In this document: in pieces, positions 11,214-21,727 of the stretch
Numbering within the stretch: the stretch's first letter is position 1
Layout: each line of letters begins with the position of its first letter
Assembly: GCA_003279605.1 (NCBI GenBank)
Contig: QCHF01000001.1
Location: 474,075 to 538,074 of the forward strand
Source of the DNA: SAR86 cluster bacterium AG-390-O18
Lineage (GTDB): Bacteria; Pseudomonadota; Gammaproteobacteria; Magnimaribacterales; AG-339-G14
DNA: 64,000 bases
Direction: 5' to 3'
Position numbers and translations under genes: made by a program
Notes under the pieces: model-generated
Databases searched by the model: none
Told to the model about the DNA's origin: nothing
The model's input: the letters and a program-made list of their open reading frames with translations, nothing else

Positions 11214-12699
11214 TTAAGCCTTTAGTCGGTGATTTATTAGAGTCTTTTCGGTCTACCTCAAGATTCATTAGGTATTCCTCTGTAACAGAGCCACAAATAT
11301 ACTTTCCATCAAAAATAGATGTTTCAAAATTTTTCATTTCAGGATTTCCTTCTTGAGCAGCAAGAATTAAATCGGTTAAATTTTGATAAACAAGCCAATC
11401 CGCTCCGATGAAATCTGCAATCTGACTTTCGTCTCTTTGGTGGGCAATTAATTCTGTAGTTGCTGCCATATCTATTCCGTAAACATTTTGAAATCTCACA
11501 GGGGGAGCCGCTGAGGCGAAATAAACTTTTTTCGCACCTACCTTCCGTACCATTTCAACTATCTGTTTACTTGTTGTACCTCTTACTATTGAATCATCAA
11601 TTAAGAGGATGTTTTTACCTTTAAATTCATATGACACAGGATTTAATTTTCTTCTTACAGATTTACTTCTCATTTCCTGTTTAGGCATAATGAAAGTTCT
11701 GCCAATGTACCTATTTTTTACGAAACCTTCTCGATAGCTAACACCCAATGTTTTTGCAACTTCAATTGCTGATGTAGTACTACTTTCTGGAATGGGTATG
11801 ACTGCATCTATGTCATGATCAGGATGTAAAGAGAGAATTTTCTTGCCCAAATATTGACCCATTCTGAGGCGAGATTTCATAACAGATATTTTATCTATGA
11901 CAGCATCAGGTCTAGCCAAGTAAACGTATTCAAAAATACATGGAGAGTGCGAGGGATTATCAAAACAGATTTTTCTTTCAACTTCTCCCTCTAAAGATAT
12001 AAAAACTGCTTCTCCAGGATTTACATCGCCAACTACTTCAAAATTAAGAGTTTCCAAGGCTGGGCTTTCAGAAGCAATCATATAATCAGAACCAATTAAA
12101 TCGTTGTCTTTTTTTCCTAAGATCAATGGCCTTATTCCGTTAGGATCTCTAAACCCAACTATACCAACCCCACAAATCATAATCACAACTGAATAAGCAC
12201 CTTTAAGTCTTTTATGAGTCCTTGAGACTGCTTCAAAAATTTCTTTGGCTGATGGTTTTGAGCCAGGAAAGTTAACTTTGTAAAGTTCATGAGCAAAAAC
12301 GTTAAGAATGATTTCGGAATCCGAATTAGTATTGATGTGTCTAAAATCTTCAAAGATCAGTTCTTGAGTGAGCTCTTTTGTATTAACGAGATTACCGTTA
12401 TGAGAAATACTTATTCCAAAAGGAGAATTTGAATACATTGGTTGAGCAAGCTCTCTATTTTGTCCACCAGCAGTTGGATACCTAACGTGTCCAATGCCTA
12501 TTTTGCCTTTCAGTGAAACTATGTGCTGTTGTCTGAAAACTTCTCTAACAAGTCCTAGTTGTTTTCTAATATGAAATTTTTCCCCTTCATTAGTAGCAAT
12601 TCCAGCAGCATCTTGACCTCTATGTTGGATCACTGTAAGAGCTTCATACAAAGCGGGAGCAGCATCCTCTTTCGAAACTATGCCAACAACACCACACAT
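11206..12699 (-). CDS. purF: Amidophosphoribosyltransferase
   Basis: 497 aa. MCGVVGI N-terminus (Cys1 Ntn amidotransferase) and PRTase motif [13 protein letters not shown]. Confidence 0.95.
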   Translation of the reverse strand: MCGVVGIVSKEDAAPALYEALTVIQHRGQDAAGIATNEGEKFHIRKQLGLVREVFRQQHIVSLKGKIGIGHVRYPTAGGQNRELAQPMYSNSPFGISISHNGNLVNTKELTQELIFEDFRHINTNSDSEIILNVFAHELYKVNFPGSKPSAKEIFEAVSRTHKRLKGAYSVVIMICGVGIVGFRDPNGIRPLILGKKDNDLIGSDYMIASESPALETLNFEVVGDVNPGEAVFISLEGEVERKICFDNPSHSPCIFEYVYLARPDAVIDKISVMKSRLRMGQYLGKKILSLHPDHDIDAVIPIPESSTTSAIEVAKTLGVSYREGFVKNRYIGRTFIMPKQEMRSKSVRRKLNPVSYEFKGKNILLIDDSIVRGTTSKQIVEMVRKVGAKKVYFASAAPPVRFQNVYGIDMAATTELIAHQRDESQIADFIGADWLVYQNLTDLILAAQEGNPEMKNFETSIFDGKYICGSVTEEYLMNLEVDRKDSNKSPTKGLIN

Positions 12700-12709
12700 T
12701 TTGCGTATT

Positions 12710-13246
12710 TTAATTAAAAGGGTTTTGTTCCAAATCTAAATCTTCAGAATTGATTTCTTTATAAGGTACTTTACCTATAAAGGAGCCTAGATGATCTGCA
12801 CCAGTTAAAATATAGTCAGACATGTAACTATCTTTCCACCATGTTTGACGCATTATATACGTGTCTCCAACCAAAAACATTACAATTATTATTACAGAAC
12901 CTCTAAAGCCTCCAAATAAACCACCAAAAATTCTATCTAAAAGACCTTTTTGCATGGAATTCATCCCTTTCATTATGGCCTTTCCCGTAATTCTAAAAAT
13001 AATTAATAAAAATATAAAAATTGAGAAAAAACTAAAAATGCTTTTTATTTCTTTGTCATTCGTGAAATTGTCAAAGATTTCCATAGGGTAGTAACGGAAA
13101 AACCATGCAATTAAAATGGCGCCTATCCAAATAGCATTGGAAATAATTTCAATATATAAACCTCTTGAAATACCAATCAATAGCGAACTAAAAAAAATTA
13201 GTAATATAAAAAAATCAAAGGTATTGAGGTATAAAAGAAAATCCAT
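12710..13246 (-). CDS. cvpA: CvpA family membrane protein (colicin V production protein)
   Basis: 178 aa with multiple TM segments. Canonical position between folC and purF. Confidence 0.75.
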   Translation of the reverse strand: MDFLLYLNTFDFFILLIFFSSLLIGISRGLYIEIISNAIWIGAILIAWFFRYYPMEIFDNFTNDKEIKSIFSFFSIFIFLLIIFRITGKAIMKGMNSMQKGLLDRIFGGLFGGFRGSVIIIVMFLVGDTYIMRQTWWKDSYMSDYILTGADHLGSFIGKVPYKEINSEDLDLEQNPFN

Positions 13247-14469
13247 TACAAGACTTCTTTCAAACTATGAATGGAAATAGGAAGATTTCTTATTTCTAAC
13301 AAGAATTTAAAAAATTCACCTGAGAAGTAAAAAGAGCCAATAAATAAATTTAGTTCATTCATGCTTTTGTCTTTTGCAATTGAATAGAGACTTTTTATTG
13401 AGTCTTTGACAATAAAATTGAATTTTAGACTTCTTGTTTTTGATAAAACTTTTTTTGATGACATGAGTCTTTGATGAATGTTATCTGCTATGAAGATTTT
13501 ATCAACAATGCCTTCAAAAGGCTCTAATAGTTTTTCTGGATCTTTATTATCCGAACACGCAAAAAATAAATTAATTTTTTTTTCTTTATAATTTGAATCA
13601 AGGTAGTTTATTAAATTTCTTACTGAATCTTCGTTATGGGCAGAATCTACAAGAAAATTGTCAAATAAGGTCAACCTGCCAAAAATCTCAAAATCATCCA
13701 AGAATTTCTCTGTAATTTCAGACGTTAAATCAAAGATACTATTTTTTGAAACTTCGTTTAGGCAAAAAAGTACTTCTCTAGAAATAGTTCTTTTTTTAGA
13801 AAACTTATTAAGAGAATAACTTTTTTTTTCAGGAGAAATTAAAGAAGAATTAACTTTTGAAGCTTTTTCAATGATTGCGTTTGGTACATTTTCAGAGCCA
13901 AATATTAAAGGTTTTTCAGGTCTTGCAATTTCGGCCTTCTCAGCTGCAATTTCTTCTATCGTATCTCCTAGATATTCTTGGTGATCCAGAGCTACTTTAG
14001 TAATCACAGATATATCAGGTTCAATAAAATTCATAGGATCTAACCTACCTCCCATGCCTATCTCTAGAATCCAAAGATCTAGATCTAATTTATTAAAGTG
14101 ATATAAAGCTGCTAAAGAAATTATTTGATAGAAATTTAAGTTATGACTTTCTTTGTATCGATTGAATCTCTTCAAAACGTCTAAAAGTTTTTCGTCTGAT
14201 ATTTCTTTATCGTTTACTCTAATACGTTCATTAAAATTTAGAAGATGAGGAGAAGTAAAAGTTCCAACTGAACAATTCTTTTTTAAAGCAAGTTTAGAAA
14301 TTAATTCTGAAAGTGATCCTTTTCCATTGGTACCGCCAACTAGAATGATTTCTTTAGGTTTTTTTAAATTCAAAGAGTTAAGGACTTCTTTATATCCATC
14401 TAAACTCTTTTTTTTGTAATTTTGGATAAGAAGGTTTTCTTCAATCCATTTTGATAAATTTTCAGGCAA
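13246..14469 (-). CDS. folC: Bifunctional folylpolyglutamate synthase / dihydrofolate synthase
   Basis: 407 aa. Mur-ligase P-loop VGGTNGKGS. accD-folC synteny. Confidence 0.85.
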   Translation of the reverse strand: MPENLSKWIEENLLIQNYKKKSLDGYKEVLNSLNLKKPKEIILVGGTNGKGSLSELISKLALKKNCSVGTFTSPHLLNFNERIRVNDKEISDEKLLDVLKRFNRYKESHNLNFYQIISLAALYHFNKLDLDLWILEIGMGGRLDPMNFIEPDISVITKVALDHQEYLGDTIEEIAAEKAEIARPEKPLIFGSENVPNAIIEKASKVNSSLISPEKKSYSLNKFSKKRTISREVLFCLNEVSKNSIFDLTSEITEKFLDDFEIFGRLTLFDNFLVDSAHNEDSVRNLINYLDSNYKEKKINLFFACSDNKDPEKLLEPFEGIVDKIFIADNIHQRLMSSKKVLSKTRSLKFNFIVKDSIKSLYSIAKDKSMNELNLFIGSFYFSGEFFKFLLEIRNLPISIHSLKEVL

Positions 14470-14473
14470 TGAA

Positions 14474-15334
14474 TTAACCTGTGTGTAATTTAGATATTAA
14501 GCCTGAAATCTTGTCTTTCATATGAGATCTTTGAACAATCATATCTATCATTCCATGTTTCAAAAGAAACTCACTTCTTTGAAAGCCCTCCGGTAGCTTA
14601 ACTCTTACAGTATCTTCAATAACTCTTGGACCAGCAAAGCCTACTTGTGCTTTTGGTTCAGCAATATTTATATCCCCAAGCATCGCTAAACTTGCTGCAA
14701 CTCCTCCATATATTGGATCAGTCAATACCGAAATAAATGGGAGCTTCTTACTTTTCAATTTGTTTAGTGCGGCACTTGTTCTGGACATTTGAAATAAAGA
14801 AAACAAAGATTCTTGCATCCTTGCTCCCCCACTGGTTGCTACACATATAAAAGGGCAAGATTTCTCAATAGCAAATTCAACTGCATCGACGAATTTTTGA
14901 CCAACTACCGAACCCATTGAGCCTCCCAAAAATCTAAATTCAAATACCGATAGTACTACGTCTTTATCATTGAGTTTTCCGTGAACAGAAATTAAAGCTT
15001 CGGTTTCATCTATATTTGTTTTTGCATCACTCAACCTTTCTTTGTATTTCTTTGTGTCTGTAAACGAAAGCCAATCCTTTGTTTTAAGTTCAGATGAAAT
15101 TTCTTTATATTCATCATGATCAATTAAGTAAGAAATTCTATGTCTGGCGCCTATTCTTATATGATGACCACAATTTGGGCAGACATACATATTCGCTTCA
15201 AGATCAGGTCCATAGAGAATTTCTTTACAATTTGAGCAAGTTTGCCAGAGCCCTTGAGGAACTGGACTTTTTTTCTCTTCTTTATGCTGTTTTCCAAGAG
15301 AAGGTAGGATCTTGTTAAACCAACTTTTAACCAT
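14474..15334 (-). CDS. accD: Acetyl-CoA carboxylase carboxyltransferase subunit beta
   Basis: 286 aa. N-terminal Zn ribbon CSNC...CPNCGHH followed by a carboxyltransferase domain. Confidence 0.93.
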   Translation of the reverse strand: MVKSWFNKILPSLGKQHKEEKKSPVPQGLWQTCSNCKEILYGPDLEANMYVCPNCGHHIRIGARHRISYLIDHDEYKEISSELKTKDWLSFTDTKKYKERLSDAKTNIDETEALISVHGKLNDKDVVLSVFEFRFLGGSMGSVVGQKFVDAVEFAIEKSCPFICVATSGGARMQESLFSLFQMSRTSAALNKLKSKKLPFISVLTDPIYGGVAASLAMLGDINIAEPKAQVGFAGPRVIEDTVRVKLPEGFQRSEFLLKHGMIDMIVQRSHMKDKISGLISKLHTG

Positions 15335-15335
15335 A

Positions 15336-16112
15336 CTAATTTATAGCTTTTTTTAACGATTTAGTGAAGTTTGAGATTTTTGGGGTAGATTTTTTTTCTA
15401 TGAAGTCAATAATTTTTGTCCCAACTACTATGCCATCTGAAAAAGATGCCATCTTTTTTGCTGTTGGAGCGTCTTTAATGCCAAACCCAACTACAACTGG
15501 AAGGTTTGTTTGTGACTTAATCTTTTTTACTTTATTTTTTACTTCGTTGAAGTTTTTTAACTCAGCTCCGGTGATTCCTTTCAATGAAACGTAGTACAAA
15601 TATCCAGATGAAGAAGCGAGCATTCTTTTCAACCTTTTGGAGTCTGTTGTTGGAGAAATTAACCTTATGAGATCAATACTTTCTTTTTTTAGGTTATTAA
15701 AAAAAGATTTGCTTTCATCGTAAGGTAAATCTACAACTATCACACCATCTACGCCAGCTTGGTTTAATTCTTTTGCCAATTTATTTTTGAGTGATAGAAA
15801 AGAGTTCATATAACCCATGAGAATAATAGGTACGTTTTTATTTTTAATTCTGATTTGTTTGCAAAGATTTAAAATATCTTTAAATTGAATATTTTTTTTA
15901 AGTGCCCTTTCATGTGCCTTCTGAATAACTGGTCCTTCAGACATAGGATCGGAAAAAGGCACCCCGATTTCTAAAATATCAGCACCTGAGGCAATTAAAT
16001 CATTGAGAATTTTTTTTGAACTCCCTAAATTAGGATCTCCAGCAACCGTGTAAGTTACTAAAACTTTATTTTTAGTTTCTTTTTGATTGAAGACTTTTTC
16101 TAAACGCGTCAC
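15336..16112 (-). CDS. trpA: Tryptophan synthase alpha chain
   Basis: 258 aa. [17 protein letters not shown] motif. Overlaps the trpB stop by 4 bp. Confidence 0.92.
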   Translation of the reverse strand: MTRLEKVFNQKETKNKVLVTYTVAGDPNLGSSKKILNDLIASGADILEIGVPFSDPMSEGPVIQKAHERALKKNIQFKDILNLCKQIRIKNKNVPIILMGYMNSFLSLKNKLAKELNQAGVDGVIVVDLPYDESKSFFNNLKKESIDLIRLISPTTDSKRLKRMLASSSGYLYYVSLKGITGAELKNFNEVKNKVKKIKSQTNLPVVVGFGIKDAPTAKKMASFSDGIVVGTKIIDFIEKKSTPKISNFTKSLKKAIN

Positions 16113-17323
16113 AAAGTCATTCCATCTTCTTTAGCAACAGTAAACATATCTTTATCTCCTCTTCCAGATAGATTGATGACTATTGTCTTAGACTTACTAA
16201 GTTTAGGTGCAATTTTGTTTACATAAGCCAAAGCATGTGAAGTTTCCAATGCGGGCATGATTCCTTCTGTTTTAGTTAAATCATGGAAGCTTTTTAATGC
16301 CTGCTGATCGGTTGCGCTTTGATACTCAACTCTACCAATATCTCTCAAATAAGCATGTTCTGGACCAACTCCTGGATAATCTAAGCCCGCTGAAACTGAA
16401 TGTGTTGATAAAATCTGACCGTTTTTGTCTTGCATAAGATAAGTTTTCATTCCATGCAATACTCCTACCTTACCATCACTTAATGGCGCAGCATGTTTAC
16501 CTGATTTCACTCCTGAACCTCCTGCTTCAACGCCAACTAATTTAGTTTTTGTTTCTTTAATAAAGGGATAGAAAATACCCATTGCATTTGATCCGCCTCC
16601 AACGCAAGCGACAATGATGTCGGGATATTTACCAAACTCTTTTTTTGATTGAATCTTAAGTTCTTTTCCGACAATAGAATTAAAATCTCTAACAATTTCC
16701 GGGTATGGGTGAGGTCCTGCCACACTACCAATAATGTAATGGGTATCCTCAACATTAGTAACCCAGTCTCTCATTGCTTCATTCATAGCGTCTTTAAGAG
16801 TTTTTGTTCCAGAATCTACAGAACATACTTCTGCTCCTAGTAACTTCATTCTATATACATTGAGGGCTTGCCTTTCAATATCTTCTTCGCCCATGAAAAT
16901 AATACATTCCAGTCCATGTCTGGCTGAGACAGTTGCGGTTGCAACTCCATGTTGACCTGCGCCAGTTTCAGCAATAACTCTTTTTTTACCCATTTTTTTT
17001 GCAAGTAAAACCTGGCCAACGGTGTTATTGATTTTATGAGCTCCTGTATGATTTAAGTCTTCTCTTTTCAAATAAATTTTTGCTCCACCAAGTTTTTTAG
17101 TCCATCTTTCAGCAAAATATAATGGTGACGGCCTGCCAACAAAATCATTTAAATCTTTTATTACTTCTTTTTGGAAGGATTTATCTTTTTTAACTTTAAC
17201 GTAAACTTTTTCTAACTCTTCAAGAGCTGTAATAAGAGTTTCGGAGACATATTTGCCTCCAAATTCTCCAAATCTTCCCTCTTTATCGGGGAATGCATAG
17301 TTATTTAACTTTTTATATTTCAT
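16109..17323 (-). CDS. trpB: Tryptophan synthase beta chain
   Basis: 404 aa. PLP-lysine region [11 protein letters not shown] and GGGSNAMG. Confidence 0.95.
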   Translation of the reverse strand: MKYKKLNNYAFPDKEGRFGEFGGKYVSETLITALEELEKVYVKVKKDKSFQKEVIKDLNDFVGRPSPLYFAERWTKKLGGAKIYLKREDLNHTGAHKINNTVGQVLLAKKMGKKRVIAETGAGQHGVATATVSARHGLECIIFMGEEDIERQALNVYRMKLLGAEVCSVDSGTKTLKDAMNEAMRDWVTNVEDTHYIIGSVAGPHPYPEIVRDFNSIVGKELKIQSKKEFGKYPDIIVACVGGGSNAMGIFYPFIKETKTKLVGVEAGGSGVKSGKHAAPLSDGKVGVLHGMKTYLMQDKNGQILSTHSVSAGLDYPGVGPEHAYLRDIGRVEYQSATDQQALKSFHDLTKTEGIMPALETSHALAYVNKIAPKLSKSKTIVINLSGRGDKDMFTVAKEDGMTL

Positions 17324-17930
17324 CTATAATTTTTAAAAAATGTTTTAACTCGGCTATATCTTTTTTTCCTGGTTTAGATTCTACTCCAGAAGCTAAATCA
17401 ATGCCGTAAGGCTTATAGCTATTAATCAAAGACGTTATATTATTGGAATTTAACCCGCCTGCAATTATTAAATTATTTTTTATTTCTTTGGGTATAAGCT
17501 TCCAATCAAAAGTTTTTCCAGTACCTCCTCTTATTTTTTGACCCCCGGAATCAAGAAGAATTGCAAATGCATCACCGAATTCTATTATTTTATTTTGAAA
17601 GTCTTTCTCATTCATTGAAATAGCTTTTATGTAAGGTAGATTAAAAGAAGAACAAAAATCCTGACTCTCATCTCCATGAAACTGAAGAATAGGGTTATTA
17701 AAATAACTTATAGCTTTTTTTATACCTTCTCTTGATTCGTTAACAAAAACGATGACGGGAGATATTTTGTTATTAAAATGTTTTCCTGAAGATTTTAAAA
17801 ACTCAAAAGAAACATACCTTGGACTATCTTTATCTCTATTAAAGCCTATGGCGTCTATATCTAATTTAATCAGCTCTTTTAAGTCCTGATCATTTGTAAC
17901 TCCGCAAATCTTAATATATGGTTTCATCAA
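17313..17930 (-). CDS. trpF: Phosphoribosylanthranilate isomerase (monofunctional)
   Basis: 205 aa. IKICGVT N-terminus and a LAGGL-type C-terminal motif (IIAGGLN). Confidence 0.88.
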   Translation of the reverse strand: MMKPYIKICGVTNDQDLKELIKLDIDAIGFNRDKDSPRYVSFEFLKSSGKHFNNKISPVIVFVNESREGIKKAISYFNNPILQFHGDESQDFCSSFNLPYIKAISMNEKDFQNKIIEFGDAFAILLDSGGQKIRGGTGKTFDWKLIPKEIKNNLIIAGGLNSNNITSLINSYKPYGIDLASGVESKPGKKDIAELKHFLKIIDEI

Positions 17931-18721
17931 CTCTTCAACGTTAATTGATTGTTATATTTTGGTTTGTATATTTTAAATGAAGGGTCATATTCTGGTCCTA
18001 AATAAAATAAACCCTTTGCCTCTGCTGTCTTACCTGCATGAGTTCTGTCTCTAGCTTCTAAAATATCTTTCATTGATTCAGGTGAAATTATTTCTGAACC
18101 GACTTCTATAAGTGTACCAACAATAATTCGTACCATATTCAATAGGAAAGCATTAGCGGATATTTCTATAGATACAATATTTTGCCTTTTCTTGAGCTTA
18201 ACTTCGAAAACATTTCTGTTGGGGCTTTTTGATTGGCAGCCTGATCCTCTAAAAGAGGAAAAATCCTTTTCACCTATAAGATGATTTGAAGCTTTTTGCA
18301 TCAAATTTATATTAAGGGGAGCTCTTATCAAAGAAGTAAAATCTCTATTTAAGACAGATTGTTTATTACTGTTGAGAATATGATATCTATAAGTCCTTTT
18401 AGTTGCTGAAAATCTGGAATGAAAATCTTCAGGAACTTTTTTAATCCAATTTATGCTTATATCTTTAGGAAGAATTGAATTACACCCTGCCAACCATGCT
18501 TTATTTAATCTATTTGCTGAAGTCTCGAAATGAATAACTTGCATCGAGGCATGAACTCCCGAGTCAGTTCTACCTGAGCAAATAGTTTTTACACTTTCAT
18601 TTGCAACCTTAGACAATGATTCTTCAATTTTTTCTTGAATTGTCAGGTTAGTTTTTTTTTGTTTTTGCCAACCTTTGTAAGAAGTACCGATATACTCTAT
18701 GCCTAATGCATATCTTTGCAT
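17927..18721 (-). CDS. truA: tRNA pseudouridine(38-40) synthase
   Basis: 264 aa. Catalytic Asp motif GRTDSGVHA. Confidence 0.92.
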   Translation of the reverse strand: MQRYALGIEYIGTSYKGWQKQKKTNLTIQEKIEESLSKVANESVKTICSGRTDSGVHASMQVIHFETSANRLNKAWLAGCNSILPKDISINWIKKVPEDFHSRFSATKRTYRYHILNSNKQSVLNRDFTSLIRAPLNINLMQKASNHLIGEKDFSSFRGSGCQSKSPNRNVFEVKLKKRQNIVSIEISANAFLLNMVRIIVGTLIEVGSEIISPESMKDILEARDRTHAGKTAEAKGLFYLGPEYDPSFKIYKPKYNNQLTLKS

Positions 18722-18722
18722 G

Positions 18723-19025
18723 TTATTTAAGTTTTTGAGAGATTGTTTGGTAAGTATTTTTTTCCTCTTCTTCTAATTGATCTAGTGTAATTTTATTTAG
18801 AAGTTCTTTAGCTTTATCTATTTGGTTCATTTCAGAATAAGTGATGGCTAAATTTAAATTAATTGAATTTTCTTTTCCAAGCTCATTATTAGGTTTGTTC
18901 AATCCTTTCTGATTTCTTTCTTCCTCTTTCTTTGAATTATCAGTAAAAAATAAAAGAAAAATTAAAAAGGCAAAAATTAAAATCCCAATTATTAAATAAA
19001 TTTCCCTTGGTAAAAAAGTATCCAT
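18723..19025 (-). CDS. Miniature FimV-like protein: one N-terminal TM helix plus a FimV C-terminal-type TPR-like motif
   Basis: 100 aa. TM segment IYLIIGILIFAFLIFLLFF. The C-terminal LNLAITYSEMNQIDKAKELLNKI resembles the FimV C-terminal motif (LDLARAYIEMGD..GA..LL..V). It sits between asd and truA, where fimV lies in Pseudomonas. Confidence 0.5.
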   Translation of the reverse strand: MDTFLPREIYLIIGILIFAFLIFLLFFTDNSKKEEERNQKGLNKPNNELGKENSINLNLAITYSEMNQIDKAKELLNKITLDQLEEEEKNTYQTISQKLK

Positions 19026-20038
19026 TAATTTTGTTTTTCTATTAAACGTTTTAAAATTTGCATGCTATTCAATGCTGCGCCTTTCCTTAAGTTATCAGAA
19101 ATAACCCACAAATTTACTCTGTTTTCTTTCCAAAGATCCTTTCTAATACTGCCAACAAAAACCTCATCTTTTCCTTCGGCATCATCCAGGGGAGTTGGAT
19201 TAAATTCAGTATCAGAATTTATAACCTTTAGACCGGGAAATGACTGCATTTTAGAAATCATTTCATCTAGATTTATCTCTAATTCTGTTTCTATATGAAC
19301 TGCTTCGGAATGACCATAAAAAACGGGAACTCTCGCACATGAAGCTGTAACTTGGATGCTTTCATCTAATATTTTTTGAGCTTCCCAAGTCATCTTCATT
19401 TCTTCTTCAGTATATCCGTTATCTAACTTAGGTCTGTTTGCTCCAGGTAGAACATTAAACGCAATTTGTGATGAATAAATATTTTTTTTTATTTCATTCC
19501 CTTCTAGAAAATTTTTTGATTGATCAGTTAACTCATCAATGGCTTCTTTTCCTGTTCCTGAAACAGATTGATATGTTGCAACATCTACCCGTTTAATTTT
19601 ATAAAGATCATGAATTGGTTTGATTGCAACCAGTAATTGAGAAACTGAACAATTGGGATTTGAAATAATTTGCGGGAGCTTCATATTATCTAAAAGTTCT
19701 CCATTCACTTCAGGGATAATCAGAGGAAACTCTTTGTCTTTTCTAAAACATGAAGAATTATCTATGACAGTGCAGCCAGACTCTTTTGCAATAGGTGCAA
19801 ATTTTTTAGCAACTTCTGATCCGGCTGAAAAAAAAGCAAAATTTACTGAAGAAAAATCAAAATTTTCAATGTCCTCAACAACTACATCTGAGCCATTTAA
19901 ATGGATTGATTTACCCGCAGACCTAATACTAGCGACTATTTTTATTTCATCTATAGGTAGTTCATGAGTTTTTAAATATTCAATAAAAACTCTACCTACT
20001 GCACCAGTACCACCAACAATTGCTAACTTATTAGACAT
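19025..20038 (-). CDS. asd: Aspartate-semialdehyde dehydrogenase, short (337-aa) Asd/USG-1-type
   Basis: NAD motif VGGTGAVG, active-site NPNCS, and GHSEAVH. Lies between leuB and truA. Confidence 0.8.
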   Translation of the reverse strand: MSNKLAIVGGTGAVGRVFIEYLKTHELPIDEIKIVASIRSAGKSIHLNGSDVVVEDIENFDFSSVNFAFFSAGSEVAKKFAPIAKESGCTVIDNSSCFRKDKEFPLIIPEVNGELLDNMKLPQIISNPNCSVSQLLVAIKPIHDLYKIKRVDVATYQSVSGTGKEAIDELTDQSKNFLEGNEIKKNIYSSQIAFNVLPGANRPKLDNGYTEEEMKMTWEAQKILDESIQVTASCARVPVFYGHSEAVHIETELEINLDEMISKMQSFPGLKVINSDTEFNPTPLDDAEGKDEVFVGSIRKDLWKENRVNLWVISDNLRKGAALNSMQILKRLIEKQN

Positions 20039-21092
20039 AAGAGGCTATTCTATCTCCCATTTCAGATGTTGAAATTACTTTTGAATCTTTTTGTGCAATA
20101 TCTTCAGTAGCATAACCTTCTGAAAGGACTTTCCTTACTGCATCATTAATTTTGTTAAAAATAGTCGGCTCGTTAAATGAGTATTTCATAAGCATTGCAA
20201 CAGATAGGATCGTAGCAATAGGATTAACAACGCCTTTTCCAGCGATATCTGGTGCCGAGCCATGAACAGGTTCATAAAGCCCTTTCAAACTTTCGTTTAG
20301 CGATGCAGAAGGCAACATTCCTATTGAGCCTGTCAGCATCGCTGAAATATCAGACAAAATATCTCCAAAAAGATTTGAAGATACAATAACATCGAATTGC
20401 TTAGGTTCTCTTACTAGTTGCATTGCTGCATTATCCACTAACATATGCTCGACTTTTACATCCGGATAATCAGATGATTTTTTATCAACTATTTCTCTCC
20501 ATAATTGGGAAACCTCTAAAACATTTGCTTTATCTACAGAACAAAGTCTTTTATCTCTTTCCAATGCACTCTTAAATGCAACATCAACGATACGTTCGAT
20601 TTCTTCAGCTTTGTAAGACATAGTGTTGAAGGCGTAATCGTTACCCTTCTTTCTTGGTTCACCAAAATAAATGCCGCTTGTGAGTTCTCTAACAATTAAA
20701 ATATCTAACTCATTTATCTTTGATTCTTTAAGAGAAGAAGAATGAATTACTTCTTTGAAAGTTATAGCGGGCCTTAAATTAGCAAAAAAATTTAATTTTG
20801 ATCTTAATTCTAATAATCCTTTTTCTGGTCTTTCTGAAGGAGACAAAGAATCCCATTTTTTTCCTCCAACTGCACCAAGGAGTATTGAATCTACATTTCT
20901 TGCCTTATCCAAAACTTTTGAAGATAGAGGAGTTTTGAATTTGTCTATTGAAGCTCCTCCAATTAAATCAATATCTATATCAAGCTCAAATGAAAGGTCA
21001 GATAAAGAATCGATAACTTTTCTAGCCTCATTACAAACTTCAGGACCAACTCCATCTCCCGGTAAAATTAATAATTTTTTTTGAGATTTCAC
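20031..21092 (-). CDS. leuB: 3-isopropylmalate dehydrogenase
   Basis: 353 aa. LPGDGVGPEV and NLFGDILSD motifs. Confidence 0.93.
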   Translation of the reverse strand: MKSQKKLLILPGDGVGPEVCNEARKVIDSLSDLSFELDIDIDLIGGASIDKFKTPLSSKVLDKARNVDSILLGAVGGKKWDSLSPSERPEKGLLELRSKLNFFANLRPAITFKEVIHSSSLKESKINELDILIVRELTSGIYFGEPRKKGNDYAFNTMSYKAEEIERIVDVAFKSALERDKRLCSVDKANVLEVSQLWREIVDKKSSDYPDVKVEHMLVDNAAMQLVREPKQFDVIVSSNLFGDILSDISAMLTGSIGMLPSASLNESLKGLYEPVHGSAPDIAGKGVVNPIATILSVAMLMKYSFNEPTIFNKINDAVRKVLSEGYATEDIAQKDSKVISTSEMGDRIASYV

Positions 21093-21727
21093 TTAAATAA
21101 CCAAGGGTTTTTTAATTGATAATTTATTTCAAAGGATTTGATTTGGTCGGTAAATTTGAGTGATGCTCCTATTTCATCTAAGCCTTCCAAAAGACATTTT
21201 TTCTTATAATCATCTAGTTCAAATTTAAACTCAGAATCGCCGTAATGAAGCACCTGGTTTATTAAATCTATTTCTATGCTTTGCGCTGAATTTTCATTGA
21301 AGTTCTGGAAAATTTTAGATATTTCACTTTTTTTTAAACTTAAAGCTAAAAGACCATTCTTAAAGCAATTATTGTAAAAAATATCAGCAAATGATTCTGC
21401 GATGACTGTTTTGATCCCAAAATCTTTTAGCGCCCAAACAGCATGTTCTCTACTTGAACCGCAACCAAAGTTTTCTCCTGAAACTAAAATATTAGAATCA
21501 ATAAACAGCTTGTTATTAAAAATAAAGTCTTTATTTACCATCCTAGAAGAGGTTTCTTGATCTAAGGTTCCCTCATCTAAATATCTCCAACCGTCAAATA
21601 AATTATCACCAAAACCTGTTTTCTTTATAGATTTTAAAAACTGTTTTGGAATGATTTGATCAGTATCTATGTTTGATTTTTCTAAACAAATAAAAGTTCC
21701 TGAGAATTCATTTGAAATTTGTTTCAC
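21089..21727 (-). CDS. leuD: 3-isopropylmalate dehydratase small subunit
   Basis: 212 aa. GENFGCGSSREHA motif. Confidence 0.92.
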   Translation of the reverse strand: MKQISNEFSGTFICLEKSNIDTDQIIPKQFLKSIKKTGFGDNLFDGWRYLDEGTLDQETSSRMVNKDFIFNNKLFIDSNILVSGENFGCGSSREHAVWALKDFGIKTVIAESFADIFYNNCFKNGLLALSLKKSEISKIFQNFNENSAQSIEIDLINQVLHYGDSEFKFELDDYKKKCLLEGLDEIGASLKFTDQIKSFEINYQLKNPWLFK

